The notes beneath the pieces are model-generated. The model had not been told where the DNA came from and made no database searches. It saw only the letters and a list, made by a program, of their open reading frames with translations. This document shows, in pieces, positions 27,701 to 40,957 of a stretch of 64,000 nucleotides of DNA. The DNA comes from Lama guanicoe (Eukaryota), in NCBI GenBank assembly GCA_013239625.1, contig MU054323.1, positions 19,923,082-19,987,081 on the forward strand. The letters run 5' to 3'. The position numbers were made by a program, and so were the translations under genes. Each line of letters starts with the position of its first letter. Within the stretch, counting starts at the first letter, position 1.

Positions 27701-28415
27701 GCTCCTTGAGAGTAAGGTTTATCTCTTAAATCACTTTAATATCCTACCATAGACCTAATACAGTGTTGGGTATATGATATAAGCTTGGAAAATAACTTCT
27801 TTTCTGTCTCTCAGTCACTTCCTTATTCACAATATCAGGTCCTTTGAACTACATGTTGGTGTTTTTTTTTTTTTTTTTTAAATACGCTCTGTCGAGGGAA
27901 GCCTAGGAAATGTTTTCTTAAAATGTGAATATATTTATCCTCTCATAGAACTCTGATTGAATAGTCTCATATTTTTCCTCAGAAGGATTGTGTTTTTCCT
28001 TATTGTAGAACTTTATCATTTCTACCAGCTTGACTACCAGCTTGAGAATCCTCACTATAAGTAAGCAAAGATTTTACTCTCTGAAACAAGAAGTACCATG
28101 AAATACCAACTTCTCTAATTTGGGCCTAAATAAAAATTGAAAGTTAACCTTCTCTATTTTCTCTTTATTCTTCTCTCTCTGTAGCCATGAAGAAATAGTC
28201 ATAAAATTAATACACCACCTACTTTCATTATGAAGACAGTTTCTCAGCCTTACTAATAAAAATTATTTATCATTAAAACTGATTCCTGTCGTTTGAGAAG
28301 ATACTTTTAAAATTATTTTACATATTTTAAAATTATAAATATATGCTTGCTCATTTTAACAAGTCAAACTTTACACAAGATAACTCTTGTTAACAGTTTC
28401 ATTTGCATTCTGCAT

Positions 28416-28731
28416 CAGTGGTTGACAAACTGTAGCTCTTGCACCAAGTCTGCTATTTTTGTATGTACATCCTTGTGATCTAGGAATATTTTTAATATTA
28501 TTTTTAAATGGTTGGGAAAATCAAAAGAATAATATTTCAAGACTCATGAAATTACATGAAATTCTAATTTTAGTGTTCAGAAATAACAGTTCTGTTGGAC
28601 CATTTGTTGAGGTACTGTCTATGGCATTCTAACAACAGCAGAGTGCAGTAATTGGGATAGAGATCTTTTGACTTGCAAAGCCTAAAGTATTTACTTTCTG
28701 GTCCATTACAGAAAAAGTTTGCAGACCCCTG
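28416..28731. mobile_element. MER58B-like hAT-Charlie MITE (opposite orientation to the 9836 copy)
   Basis: TIRs cagtggttgacaaact and agtttgcagacccctg. Internal aaagcctaaagtatttactttctggtcc. Confidence 0.8.
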
Positions 28732-29819
28732 TTCTGTATAAACAGATTGTGTCATTTATTTGTGTTTTTTTTTAAATAGGATATAAAATACACTGTATAT
28801 ACAATAGATATGCATTATATTATCCTTACTAGCAACTACCTTTTCCCACTTATCCACTGCTCATAAATAGCCTTTCACACCACACTGATATATAGTGCAC
28901 AATATTCCATATTTAGATACCATATTTCATTTCACCTCATCTCACCTTGGTAGATTTTTAGATCCGTTTATAGTCCCTTCTTTCCCTACTACATACATTG
29001 TTGTGTAAAAGAGTATGTGTGTGTAATTTTAATTAATTTAAATAGCTATTGCCAGATTATTTTTCAGAAAGTTTGTAGCAGTTCATAAATGCACCAGTAC
29101 AACTGCCTATGTCCTAGCACTCTGGCCACTATTTGCCTCCCCCCACCATAAGATCAGTAAAAATTATTTTAATTTTCAATTTCTTGCTGACTAAATAGGC
29201 TAAGCCATTTACACTTGTAAAGACATGCTTTAGAAGAGCTGACATTTCATCATCATCTCAACATTTTGTTTTTCTTTCTGTTTTTGAAGGGATCTTAAAT
29301 GTCAGCAGCCGCAAATTGCAAATTTCACTCTAGCCAGTCATCTTTCCTCTCCTAGCTTTCAAGAAGTCTGTCCCTATTACAAGAGTGCCATGTGAGAGAT
29401 TTTGACCTACTTAGCCCAGATCTCTCACAGTATAGGAAAAACATCCTCACTAAAACACATCTAGATACAGTGAGTAACATCTTTGTTTACAAAGGCTATT
29501 TATTACATTTTCATTAATCTTTGGACAATTTAGTAAATATAGGTAATAGACTCTTAAGCAATGCTGGTTCTAGGCTACATTATGAAAAAGTTACCCTTAG
29601 AACTGCAGCTTCTTTTCTCCCCCTCATCTGTACCCTTATTCAGGTGATTCTTGTGCCCTTTTCAGATACTCAATAATGCCTCAATGGGCTTTTCTGCCAG
29701 TCATTTATACTTTGAGGAAAATTTTAATTCCGCTTATACCTTCTAAGGGGTATAATTTGCAATTTAAATTATGAAAGGAGAGTTTTTGGTTGCTTATTGA
29801 ATGAAGGGTTTGTTGTTGT

Positions 29820-30090
29820 TTTGGTAATAGCTTTTTTTGAGCTATAATTCATATTCCATACAATTTACTCATTTAAAGTATACAACTTAGTGGTTTTTAA
29901 TATATTTGCAGGGTTGTACAACCTTCAATTTTAGACCGTTTTCATCACCCTAAAAAGAAATTTTGTATTTTTGAGCAGTCACTCTCCATTCCCCCCATTT
30001 CCTCCATTTCCTATAGTCCGTAGGCAACCACTAGTCTACTTTCTGTTACACATTTGCCTGTTCTGGACATTTTATGTAAATGGAATCATG
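29820..30090 (-). mobile_element. L1MB-like 3' end
   Basis: gagctataattcatattccatacaatttactcatttaaagtatacaa...ggcaaccactagtctactttctg...ttctggacattttatgtaaatggaatca. Confidence 0.8.
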
Positions 30091-32561
30091 TCTATTCAGG
30101 GCCTTGCATATTTTTGACAGTGGGGTTGTAGGGTTGTAGAGTACCTTCAAATTTAGTAAATTTTGCTGAATTATTCTCCCAAGTAATTTATTAATATATA
30201 CTTCCTTTCAAAGTGTATGAAAGTTCTGATGCCAGCATTTGGTGTTGACATAATGTAAGTTTTTGTTTATTTAATGGATGTGAAATAGTAGATTTTAATT
30301 TGATCAGTGAGGATGATCAATCTTCCCTCCTTCCCTACAAACAGAAGTTTGCCTATTCATATGTTTTTCCACATTTTTCTCTTAGGTTATGTCTAGTATT
30401 ATTGATTTGCAGGCAGTATTTACATATTTTTTATATATTATCTGTGTTTAATTTTTGCCTTTAAAATCTTTTACTTTTTGAAGTGGGAAGAACTGAATTT
30501 GAATTTGTGTCCTTGGGATTTAACACGGTGCCCGACAAATTAGTCACTCAGTAAAATGTAAAATGAATAAATATTTTGTGAAAGTCTGAAAATGTGTTTA
30601 ATTTTTAAAGAAATAATGCTACCTAAATTAATTGACAAATGAGTGGTAATGATTTGCACACATGTGTTAACTGTACCTTTAAGGTTATCTACTAGTGTGT
30701 TAGGTCTCCCATTTGAGTGTCCAAGGCACATTTACAAGTGAATTAGGAAGAGAGTTTCTGCCAGTTTGGGCTTAGTATGAAAGTCATTTAAAGAAAAATT
30801 AATATGTTAGATCTTCCAGATATACTTAAATTCTGAATAAAGATGCATATACTGCACAATAATTCTCAGCCAGAGCACTTGGCCTGTGATTGATTGGATG
30901 GAAGTTGTATTAAAATATAGTTTCGATTGTAGTAGCAGGATCCCACACAGTTTCTCTGAGGTTCAAGATAGGGAATCCCCTCAGAAGGCAAATTTTCTTA
31001 GTTCTTGTAATATATATATATGTTTAATCCAATTTTTTCCACATTTTATATGCATAGAAAATAGTACCCCTTGTCATCTTTTAAAGAATTACATTCTGTC
31101 TGCTTTCAAAATTGATATGGGCCTGTTAAGGCTATTCCTTTGACAACCCGTCCCTAACAAAAACCCTAAACGTGCTCATGGTCAAAGAACTCAGTTTTGT
31201 GTGGCACACTGCAATAAATATGTCATTCAGTTACATAGTTTTAGGAACGAAGTTGATGAGTTTTATAGATACAACTCACAGTTATTAATTGATGTATTTC
31301 CTCTGGCTCTCTTCCTTTCCCTGCCTCTTCCTCCTCTTTTTTTTTTTTAAGTAGGCTAAATTATCATGTACTTAGATCATTTAAATTTTCATATTTAATA
31401 CTTAACAATCATATCATTTGGGTTATATCTATAATCTTGTTTAGAAATTGTATTTTTGCCTGATGTTTTATAGGCTTACAGAGTGAGCTCTCCAGTTGCA
31501 TTGCTTTTTTAAAAGTTCTCATCAATATTTTTCTTTTAGTAGAAAAATAACTTGTTCCAGAGACCAGACTTTCATCCTTCCTCCTCATTAAAAATTGACT
31601 AATTTCCTTTTTTGAGTCCCACTATTTTCTGTGTATTATTCATCAGGACAGTGTTGTATTATACTCCAGTACTTACTTCTTTACATTTGTCTCTCTCCCT
31701 CATCCGTGCTTCTTAGGTTTGAAGACCATCTTATTCAAACCCTAGCAATGAATGGCATATAATTGAAGCTCACCAAATATTAAAGATGGTTATCAAATAA
31801 CACATTTTTTGTGTTGTTTTGAATCTTTCCTGCTAATTCCAATTTAGTCTTTTTAACTTTCTGATAGTGAAATGGAATTTAGAGAACAAGCAATTAGTAA
31901 AATAATGCAGCATCTCTTTCTGCTGGTGTTTCAGAGACTGTTTCAGTAGGTCTGTGACCAGTTAGGTGCCTGGTGCCACAAAGCTTACGGATCCTTAAGA
32001 ATTAAGGCAGTCTAGGTGTGGGTTTACCAGGCCTTTATTTTAGAATTTTAATAATTATTTTAGTTCTTAACTGTCATTTTTTAAAATGCCCTTTAACAAT
32101 TTATGTTTTAAATTTTCTATAATTTTATATGTTAGGTGCTCTTGGCCTCATTTTAAAGATGAGGAAACTGAGGCATGGAGAAGTTTAAAAACTTGACTTA
32201 CTTAAGCCAGGCCACAGAGGGCTCTTAATCCATAACGTAGCTAAAGTAAGGAATGGATTAAATTACCCAGTTGAGTTATGGAAGTTGGATATCCCCATGA
32301 AACCATCTGGAAGAAGAGGAGGAGAGGGTTGTATATTTATTAGATGGTGAAGCCAGTTTTTGAATCCAGATAATCTAAATCCAGCATTGTGTTTTTAACC
32401 ATTATTTGCACATTAAATAAGTTTTCAGTTACACATGAACTTTGTTTTCCAAGAACAATTTTTCTAATGAAAACTTACATAATAGAATATTTTTCTTAAA
32501 AGCAAGACATGCTTGTATTTTCTGCCAAGGGCCAGTGATTAACTCAGGGGGGTGTGTGTAT

Positions 32562-32587
32562 GAGAGAGAGAGAGAGAGAGAGAGAGA
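32562..32587. repeat. (GA)13 microsatellite
   Basis: Direct reading. Confidence 0.95.
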
Positions 32588-33649
32588 AAATGTGAATGAG
32601 TGAGTTTAGAATTAAATAACCTGTAGGAAGCTATGAGTTTGTCAGAAAAATTAGGGAGGGGAATAAAATGGATTTTTTTAAATGAGAAATATAAGCATTT
32701 TAGCTCATTTACTTATAAAAAATAAAAAGAAAAATCTAATGAAATTAAGTCTGGGTTGAGGCTCAGTAGTGCAAAAATATCTAACCCCCTGGTTAAGCTA
32801 AATCTCTAGAACTATGACAGCAGTAACAAAAATATACTTCACTTTAGGCATATTGTGGCAGAGAGAGGGGAAAAGGGGTGGGGAGAAAGGCAGGGAGTTA
32901 GATCAATCAATTGATTGATCAGTCTTGTAGTCCAGGTCCTAAAGAGGAAAGAAGGATATTCATAGAAAGAAGCAGCCAAAAAGGGAAGAAATATTTAGGA
33001 TAGTGAAGAAAGTAGGAGAGAGATGTGTCTTTTCTATCATATAGTCATTGGCTAAAAGTGTTTCTTCCAGATCCTCCACCCAGTTCCATGCAACTTCTCA
33101 CATGGGGGTTCTGTTCTGCTAAAGCAGCCACAGTCCTCTGTATGGCACTGAGGTAATAGGGGTCTCTGTCTCGTCCCTTGTTTCATCCTATCTTTGCTGC
33201 TGATTCTAAAGCACAGCTACATTAAATCATCCACTGTTTGGAGAGTTACTGCTACATGTGGTAGTTTTCAGGTGTGGAGGGAAAAAAAAGAACTTCTCTA
33301 GAGTCTTCCCTAGAGAGCTTCACAATATAGTTAGGGATTTAATTTTTTTTTTTTTTTGCTTTCATTTGTTTTATTTCTTTGTGTGGGTTTAGGTTTTTGT
33401 CTGGTATCATAAACTTTCTGCCTGAAGTACTTCTTTTAGTATTTCTTGTAGAGTAGGTTTGCTGGCAATATATTTTCACAGTGTTTTGTTTCAGAAAGTT
33501 TTTATTTTTTCTTCATTTTTAAAAGATGTTTTTAATGAATTAATTAGGGATTTTAAATGTAACTTTATTAAAAGCTAATTAACAGTATCCTACAATGTGA
33601 TGAGTAGGATGGTATAGACAATTCCACACTTCACTACTTAGCTTAAGCT

Positions 33650-34740
33650 TTAACCAGCTTCTCTTAGCAGGTAACCTTGTCTCCAGTTTGACAGATAAAA
33701 CATTTAGGTATAAAAACAAATATCTGGGCCTGCTCTCTTCTTCTCTTTATTAAATAAAAGTGGCCCTTTTTCAGGCTCATCCTTTGGCCTGTGTTGTCTG
33801 CTTTAGCCCTTCACATCTTCTCTAACCCAAGAGCTTTGCCAGGTGCACTCTTGTGTTAGTACAACTCAGTTTGTCATTGTTTCCTTCCCCAAACCTTATA
33901 AATGTACTGCTCCTCCATCTTGAACAAAAACCCCATCAACAGCCTTGCACAACTCATTCCCAACTCCTCATTCCATTTCCCCCTCTGTCCATCTTCAGCC
34001 AGATTCCTTAAAAAGACTTTCTTACCTCCCAGTCATAACTCGGTACCTTGCACTCATGCTTCTGTCCCTATTACTCCACTGAAACTTCTCTGGTAAAGGT
34101 TCCCTAATAATTACCAAATCCAGTGGACCATTTTCAGTCCTTGTCTTTTGATGTTTTTTCAGTCTTTGAAATGATTAGTCTTTTCCTGAATCTATGACTA
34201 CCTTTCTGACAGTTTTTATTCTATGTTCTCTTCACATTCCTTTCCTTCTGGCTGTCCTAGAAATAGCCTTGACTCTATTCTCTCCTCACTCCCAGTCATC
34301 AATTTTCATGACTCTAGCTGTCAGTTATATCCTAATATAGTTTCTAAATGTACATCTCTAGTTTAGGCCTTTTATCTTAGCCCAAGGCCTGGTTACACTT
34401 TTGTTGCTGTGACCTCAAACTCAGCAGGTCCAAAACCTCTCATCATTCTACTTCTTCATTCCCCACCTTCTTTCTTTTCCTTTTTTCCTATCTCAGTGAA
34501 TATTACCTAACCATTTACTCAGTGTCCGAATAGCACATGGGAACCCTCCTCTACTTTTTATCTAGTTCGATCAGTGACCGTATTCCATCAATCCTGTGTC
34601 TTGAGTAACATCTCTTAAATCAGTTATTTCAGTTCTAATTTCAAGTGTGTAAAATTCTGTTAGTAAAATTGCTTTTAATACTCTTCAGCATCTTGAAGAA
34701 TTTCTATACATAATAGTACTCAAATACTTGAATGAATGAG
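33650..34740. mobile_element. L2 remnant
   Basis: Pyrimidine-rich L2 motifs (ccaaatccagtggaccattttcagtccttg; acctcaaactcagcaggtccaaaac), ending in ...aaatacttgaatgaatgag. Confidence 0.7.
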
Positions 34741-36419
34741 TAGTCCTTTTGGGAAAGATATTTGGCTGTAATAGTAAAGAGAGATGATTCACAGAAACTA
34801 AACTGAGATTAGGAACCACATGCTTTCTGGCCTGAAATCATATTTTGATTTGAGAAGAAAGGAATGCCCAAGGTATATAATCTACAGATCAGTTGCAGTC
34901 TACAAATGGGAGGTGGCAAAAAGAAACCCATGTACTGTAATGCTTAAGAGGAGCCTTTCTGTTATGTACTGGTTAGAAAGCAGTAGGTTACAGAACTTCT
35001 CGATAGTTCCTTTAACCTTAGGAGTCAGTGAGCAGTCATTTAATTGGGCTACATTTGTTGTAAAGAAGGGTGGTTGACACCTGAGTTATAAAACTAGTCT
35101 TAAATTTGCCTGGTGATTGAAGAAAAGTGTGATGATGTACAGTATGCTTCAGAGCCTCTCACCCATCAGTAGCCAGAATCTGAACTCCTTCCTAGTCTGT
35201 GCCTGGCACTACGTTTCTTTTGTATTACTGTATTTTCCATTCTGCTTTTATTCATCCTATGTGGTCTCTCCTAAATGTCATTTGTTTCACACACATTCCA
35301 CACACACCCCAGCCCACTTAACTCCTGTTAATCTTTCAAGTAGCTCCTATATTTTGATGAATCTGTACCAGGTATTAATTGAAAGAAAAGTACTTTCCTG
35401 AGTCTCACTTGTGGAAACACTCTTAATGGTTTCTACTTTTTTCCATAAAGGCTTTTATAAATATTAATCTAGATCAGTTTGCTTCATTCCTCTATCTTTT
35501 ATCACCTTTGCGATTGTTTTATCCTTATCTCAATCTTTGTAGCACAGTTCTTAATCTTCAGTTTGGTTTAGTTTTCATCCATTTCACAGTATTTTTTTTT
35601 TTTGGTATATGTGTGTGTGCTTATAGTAGTCTTGTTGTTTCTGTTTTACTTTGGATTGGTTTAAATTTGCTTTTCTCAACTATAAATATAAAGCATCAAA
35701 GGAACAAACCGAAGAGGTAATCCACCAGGAGCTCTGTTTTGACACTTATCTTCATGAATTTGTTCTTTAATTAGGCTTAGAAGTAGTTATCAAAAGAATA
35801 AATACATGTTACATTCATTAACTTTCACCTGGTTTTACATGGTTTTGTAAGAGACTAAAGATATTTATAATTTGAATTCCCTTGTACTTTTACATTATTG
35901 TAAATGTAAGTGGTTTAAAATTGGAATTTCTGACCAGTTGTAAATAATTATAGGTTAGTTACTAGTACAGTTGTATTATTTTAAAATAATTTGGAAAATT
36001 ATTGAATTAACAAAAATGACTATTTGCGCTTTTAATTGTATTTATTATTTTGCTTTAGTGAGATGGTTGTAATCAGCCATGTTAGTCTTAACACTTAGGT
36101 TTTAAGAATTAATGAGAAGTGGTCATTCTTTGGTTTCTTTACAGTTCATGTGGATTTCATTTCATTTTAAATAAAAGCAGAAGGAAAAAGGAAATGTGAC
36201 TTGCCACTTAGCACACACATTGTTTATTTCCTAGTAGAGAAAATGCTCACTTCGGGGGTTTTAATTCTGTTATTTATAGAAACATGTGAAACTGTGTTTT
36301 AGTTTCAGAAAACATAAACTAGGTTTTTGTATTTGAAGCAGTTGTACCTTACTCCTAACCAATTAAAAGAAGATCAGAGAAGTAGTGCCTGAGGACAGCC
36401 AAGTAACTGTAGTGAATAT

Positions 36420-36813
36420 TCATGTGGTGCATTAATTCATGTGTTTCTGCCTGTGCCTGGAATTTAGCCACTCCCCAAAGCAGCCTAAGTTTTTTGTCTA
36501 TATCCTTACCCCTCTTTTGCCTGCGTGCTGTGTTTGCTCTCTCCTTCAGTTTCTTTGTCTCTCTTTATAAATAAGTAGGAAACTTCTTTAGATCAGAGAG
36601 CAAAGGGGCAGGAGAAAAACTATCTTCTTAAGGTTTTATTTGTGCCAACATAGAAGTGCTTTGTGGTAGGCCATCTGGACCGGGAGGATTTCCTCAGAAT
36701 GTAAAGTATGTCGTAAGATTTAGAGAGCTGGGATTTGCTCTGGAACTATCTGGGAAGGCAGCAGGAAACGTAGACAGAACTGGTTTATATTGCTTGTAAC
36801 GTAGGTGGCAAGA
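36420..36813 (+). promoter_or_regulatory. Putative internal promoter and 5'UTR for the candidate alternative first exon
   Basis: TATAAATA at 36566-36573 overlaps a MEF2-consensus TTATAAATAA (36565-36574). No recognisable repeat, and CpGs are locally retained. Inference only. Confidence 0.4.
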
Positions 36814-36880
36814 ATGGAAGACAGCTTGCCTGGTCTCGCTTCTGTGTGTGGTTCCTCTACACTTACGAACTTCTGCGCTG
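36814..36880 (+). CDS. EML4: Candidate alternative first coding exon of EML4 (22 codons + 1 nt)
   Basis: AgaATGG Kozak context, in-frame TAG 12 nt upstream, donor CTG|gtaaag in phase 1 matching exon 2. Peptide MEDSLPGLASVCGSSTLTNFCA aligns without gaps to the recalled EML1 N-terminus. No transcript evidence is available here. Confidence 0.65.
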
Positions 36881-39291
36881 GTAAAGTATCTTTCCTTTCC
36901 TGAGAATTCAGATCTATGGCATAAACTTTACTTCTGGTGACAAAAGAAGTCTGAGGACATGGGAATGAATCTAGATCCTTTCTTTTTTTTCCCCACCCTC
37001 CTTCCTTTAAATATATGTGCCAATAATGGCATAAGTATTTGCCTACATACTTTATAAAGTGCTTAAGACTGTATCCATTTTATAACAGATATGTTCCTGT
37101 TGTGAGAATGGGCTTTGTTCAACTTGTTCTTTGCTTGTGCCACCCTCCCCCTACAAAAAAGATGGTTATTATATTATTTGTGCAGGAAAAAATAAAAACA
37201 GCTTTTAGCTTATAGTGGAAAATAGTTTTTTAAAGTGCTTCTCTTAAATAATAGCAAATCAGAATTGTGTAATTTAGCTTGACTTTTGCTTCTGTGAAGT
37301 CTAACCAAAAAACTTCATTAAAAGCAGAATTATCTGATTATCTGTTTTTAATTCTGTGTTAAATTAAGTAAGACTTTGGGGGGAAAAAAGACCATTTTAA
37401 TTGTGGATGAATTCTAGTGATAAAAGGAAGTGAAGTTCTTCCCTGGGACTAGCCTTCATGCCCAGAGTACTGTAGCAAAAATTGTGTTTTATTTAACACA
37501 ATTTATCTTATAATTTATGCTAGTAGGTGAATTCTTAGTAAGAATATCTCACAAGGGAAAAAAACTTAAGTTTTTAAAAGTAGAAAATAGGTCACCATTA
37601 TTCATGTTATTCAGTTGAATAGAACAGAAATTAGTCTTACTTTCATTTAATCATATTGCTAGCTGGAGGTAATTAATATTGTCATTTACTCAAGAAATGA
37701 AATACCCAAGCTTTAACAGTTAAAATGCCTTACTTCATTAAAAACTTTCTTGAGAGAAAAATTTGATTTTTGGAAGTAGAATATTAAGATAAATAAGGAG
37801 CATTAATTCTTGCATAAGTATATCTTCATATGAGCTATTGTGTTTTTATGAATATATTTTATTTCCAAAAGTACATTTTAGCCGTTGTAGAATTCATAGT
37901 GCATAACTTTTTGATGTAATACTTAAATAGTTATTTCTTTATGCGACAAAATTTGAAAACAACCAATTCCATCTTAGAACAAAACAGAAAACCATTTAAG
38001 TTGCTAAATGCCTTCTAATGGGAGTTTATTAATGTGACAAGTCATTTGTGACTTTGGTTTTTGAAGAAGTAATGTTTAAAGACTCAATTTTCCTTTGGAT
38101 GTATTGTATTGATTTTTGTGTCTCTTATTAGCCTGAGAATATCATGAGACATACAGTTTTACAGAAACGTTTTCAATTCACTGTGTAAAAATCTACAAAT
38201 TAACCGAACTTGTATTGAAAATTTGGGTGCATTACTAAGTAGATTTACATCATAGCCAAAATTAGCTTTGCTTTTCTTCTTCTGAGAAAATAGTTTAAAT
38301 TTTGTTCACAAAGAATTTTTCTTGCAGAAAATTCATCTAGAATAAAAGAGTGAGTATAAGGAAGCAAAATCCACTGAAATTCCACTTCGCAGAGACATGT
38401 TTCCAGTCTCTCTGCACATCCGTATGTGTATATATGCCTATGGATATACAGTTCTACAGTTTAAATACTGCCTGCAATTTTTTTTCTCTCTATAGTATGT
38501 TGTTACTCCTACTAAACTTACTTGTTTATGATTTTAAATATATGCTATACTCCTTAAGAGCCGCATAGTGTACCATAGTACAACTGTTTATTTAGTCAGT
38601 TCTCTATTGATAGTCTTTCAGGCTAATGCTTTCACCTTTTTTTTTTTAACTATACAAACAATGCATGGTGTTGTTACTGGAGTCTCATTAGTTCTTTTAA
38701 TCTGTCACTATCATTCTGTTCACTGAGGCCTGCCCAGTGTATTAACGTAATTGTGTTAGGAAGGGAAGATCACAGACTCTTTTAATTTTTTTAGAAATAG
38801 TTGTTCTTTGGATGCTGTTATATCTAATAAACATTTTTGAAATGGACTATTTTTTTTTTAAAGGTTCATAAGTAACAACTAACATTAGGGTTATATCATT
38901 AGCATCAAAACTACCGTAAAAACCATCTGGTTTAGTTGTTTTTTATAAAGAAAAGCTCAAGAGTGCTTTGGAAGTACAACTCCATTTTTATCTGTTTCGG
39001 AATTTAATTTGCAAAGAATACTTTCATTGTTCTCAAAAAAAAAGGTGAGTAAATCAATTATGTAGTCTAGTCATTGTCATTCCCCATCCTCTGAGAAGAA
39101 TTACTAACTAACCTCCACCTCAAAAAAGTGTAATTCAATAAATGTTTTAATTATTTATATGACATAGATATTCTATTATCTATACGTGTTTCATGACAGA
39201 CCTGTGTATCTAATAGCTGTATCTATTACGTGATCTGCAGAGCCTTAAATATTTACTATCTGGCTCTCATAGAAAAAGATTGCCAACCCTG

Positions 39292-39980
39292 CTGTAAGTC
39301 AGAGTATATACACCTAGAAGTGGGATTACTGGGTCATAGGATGTGGGCATCTTCAGTTTTACCAGACAGTGACAAATTCTGTTTGTTTTTACCTCAAAGT
39401 CATTGCAAGGCAGTTAACTGTCTACCAATAATGTACGAGAATTTGTATGGCTCTGTATCCTTGGGAATATTGGGATATTGTCACATTTTAAATATTTTTG
39501 CCAGCTTGGTGAGCATAGAATAGTATTTCATGTGGTTTTAATTTTCCTTTTCAAGATTATTAATGAGGTGCTTGAGCCTCATTTCATATGTTCATTGGCC
39601 ATTTATGTTTCCTTTTCAGTGAGGTGTTGAGTCAAGGCTTTTGCTAATTTTTTCCTATAGGGTTGTTTGTCTGTCTTATCGATTTGTAGGAATTCTTTAT
39701 TCAGGATCCTAACCCTTTATTGGTTACAACTATCTTTTCCTAGTTTGTAATTGCTTTTTCTCTTATTGTGTCTTTTAGTGAACAGAAGTTCTGAATTCTA
39801 ACATAGTTGAGTATCAGTTTTTACATTTAAGGATAGTACTTTTTGTATCTTATTTAGGAACCTCCTCTCTAATTGCAGGATATGAAGATATTCTCTATTA
39901 TTTTTCTAAAGATTTTATAATTTTGCCTTTAATTCTTTAATCTACTTGGATTTGATTTTTCTGTGGGGTAGAGATAGGGA
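39292..39980 (-). mobile_element. L1M ORF2/3' remnant
   Basis: cctagaagtgggattactgggtcatagg...gtggttttaattttcc...tttcatatgttcattggccatttatg. Confidence 0.8.
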
Positions 39981-40875
39981 CTTCAATATACTGAATTTTA
40001 ATGAATTTGTAAATTTTAATTTAACTTGAGAAGTTCGACCATTATTTCTTCACATATTTTTTTCAGCTAAAAACTTTTGTTCTCTTCCTCTGAGACTCTA
40101 GTGACACAGATACTAGGCCTGAGGCAGTATGTATTTTTTCTCTACGTTTAAGTTGTACACATCATATACATAATGTGTGTATAATATATGTAGTTTTTTG
40201 AATAGAAGAGATCCTAATTTTAGAGATGATTTTCTCTTATAAAAGATTCAAAAAGGTTGGTTATCCCATATCCTGTAATGTAGGAAATTGGATTGGAAAG
40301 GAGTGTTCCAGACTAGCATAGTTAATCCTAACTGCAAAGAAAGAGGCAGAAAAGGTATGAAGAAAGATTAAGTTTGAAAATGTAATACTTTAAATTATTT
40401 AATTATAAATATAATGGCCTCCAGGACATCATTTTATCACAAATAGTTAATATTCTCAGTGAAGGCTGAGTCCTCTAGAAGTGGATGCATTATAATTCTA
40501 TGCCTTTATAAGGAAGACAAGAAAGTGTTCCATTTTAGAAAGATTTACATGAAATCATTGACATTCAAAAGGTGCTAGCATGTATAGGCATGCCTCATTC
40601 TGATATGATATTGGATTGCCAACTTTGAGATATTTAGAGTAAAGTAAAATACATTTCTCTCTTCAGAGGTAACATTTCTTGACAATTCAGAAGACAAATT
40701 AACTATGATTCACTACGGTAAAAGCATAATGAGTGGCTGCCATTATAGTTTTAAAACTAATATTGGATATTCTAGTTTACTGGTTACATGTAAATTTGCT
40801 TGTACTTCTAATAAAGGAGACTTTCTTATGCCAATAAATAGATTAGACTGGTGAAAAAAGAGGTTTCTGGACCTT

Positions 40876-40957
40876 ATTTTTCTTTTCTTTTCTTTTCTAT
40901 TCTGTTCTTTTCTTTTCTTCCTTCCTCCCTTCCTTTCTTTTCTTTCTTTTCCTCCCT
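40876..40957. repeat. CT-rich simple repeat (TTTTC/TTCC)
   Basis: Direct reading. Confidence 0.85.

Noticed and set aside
27429..28045. Short direct repeats (about 33-nt imperfect pair at 27429-27490; ctaccagcttga x2 at 28023-28046)
   Set aside because: Two-copy slippage duplications with no array or spacer structure, not CRISPR-like.
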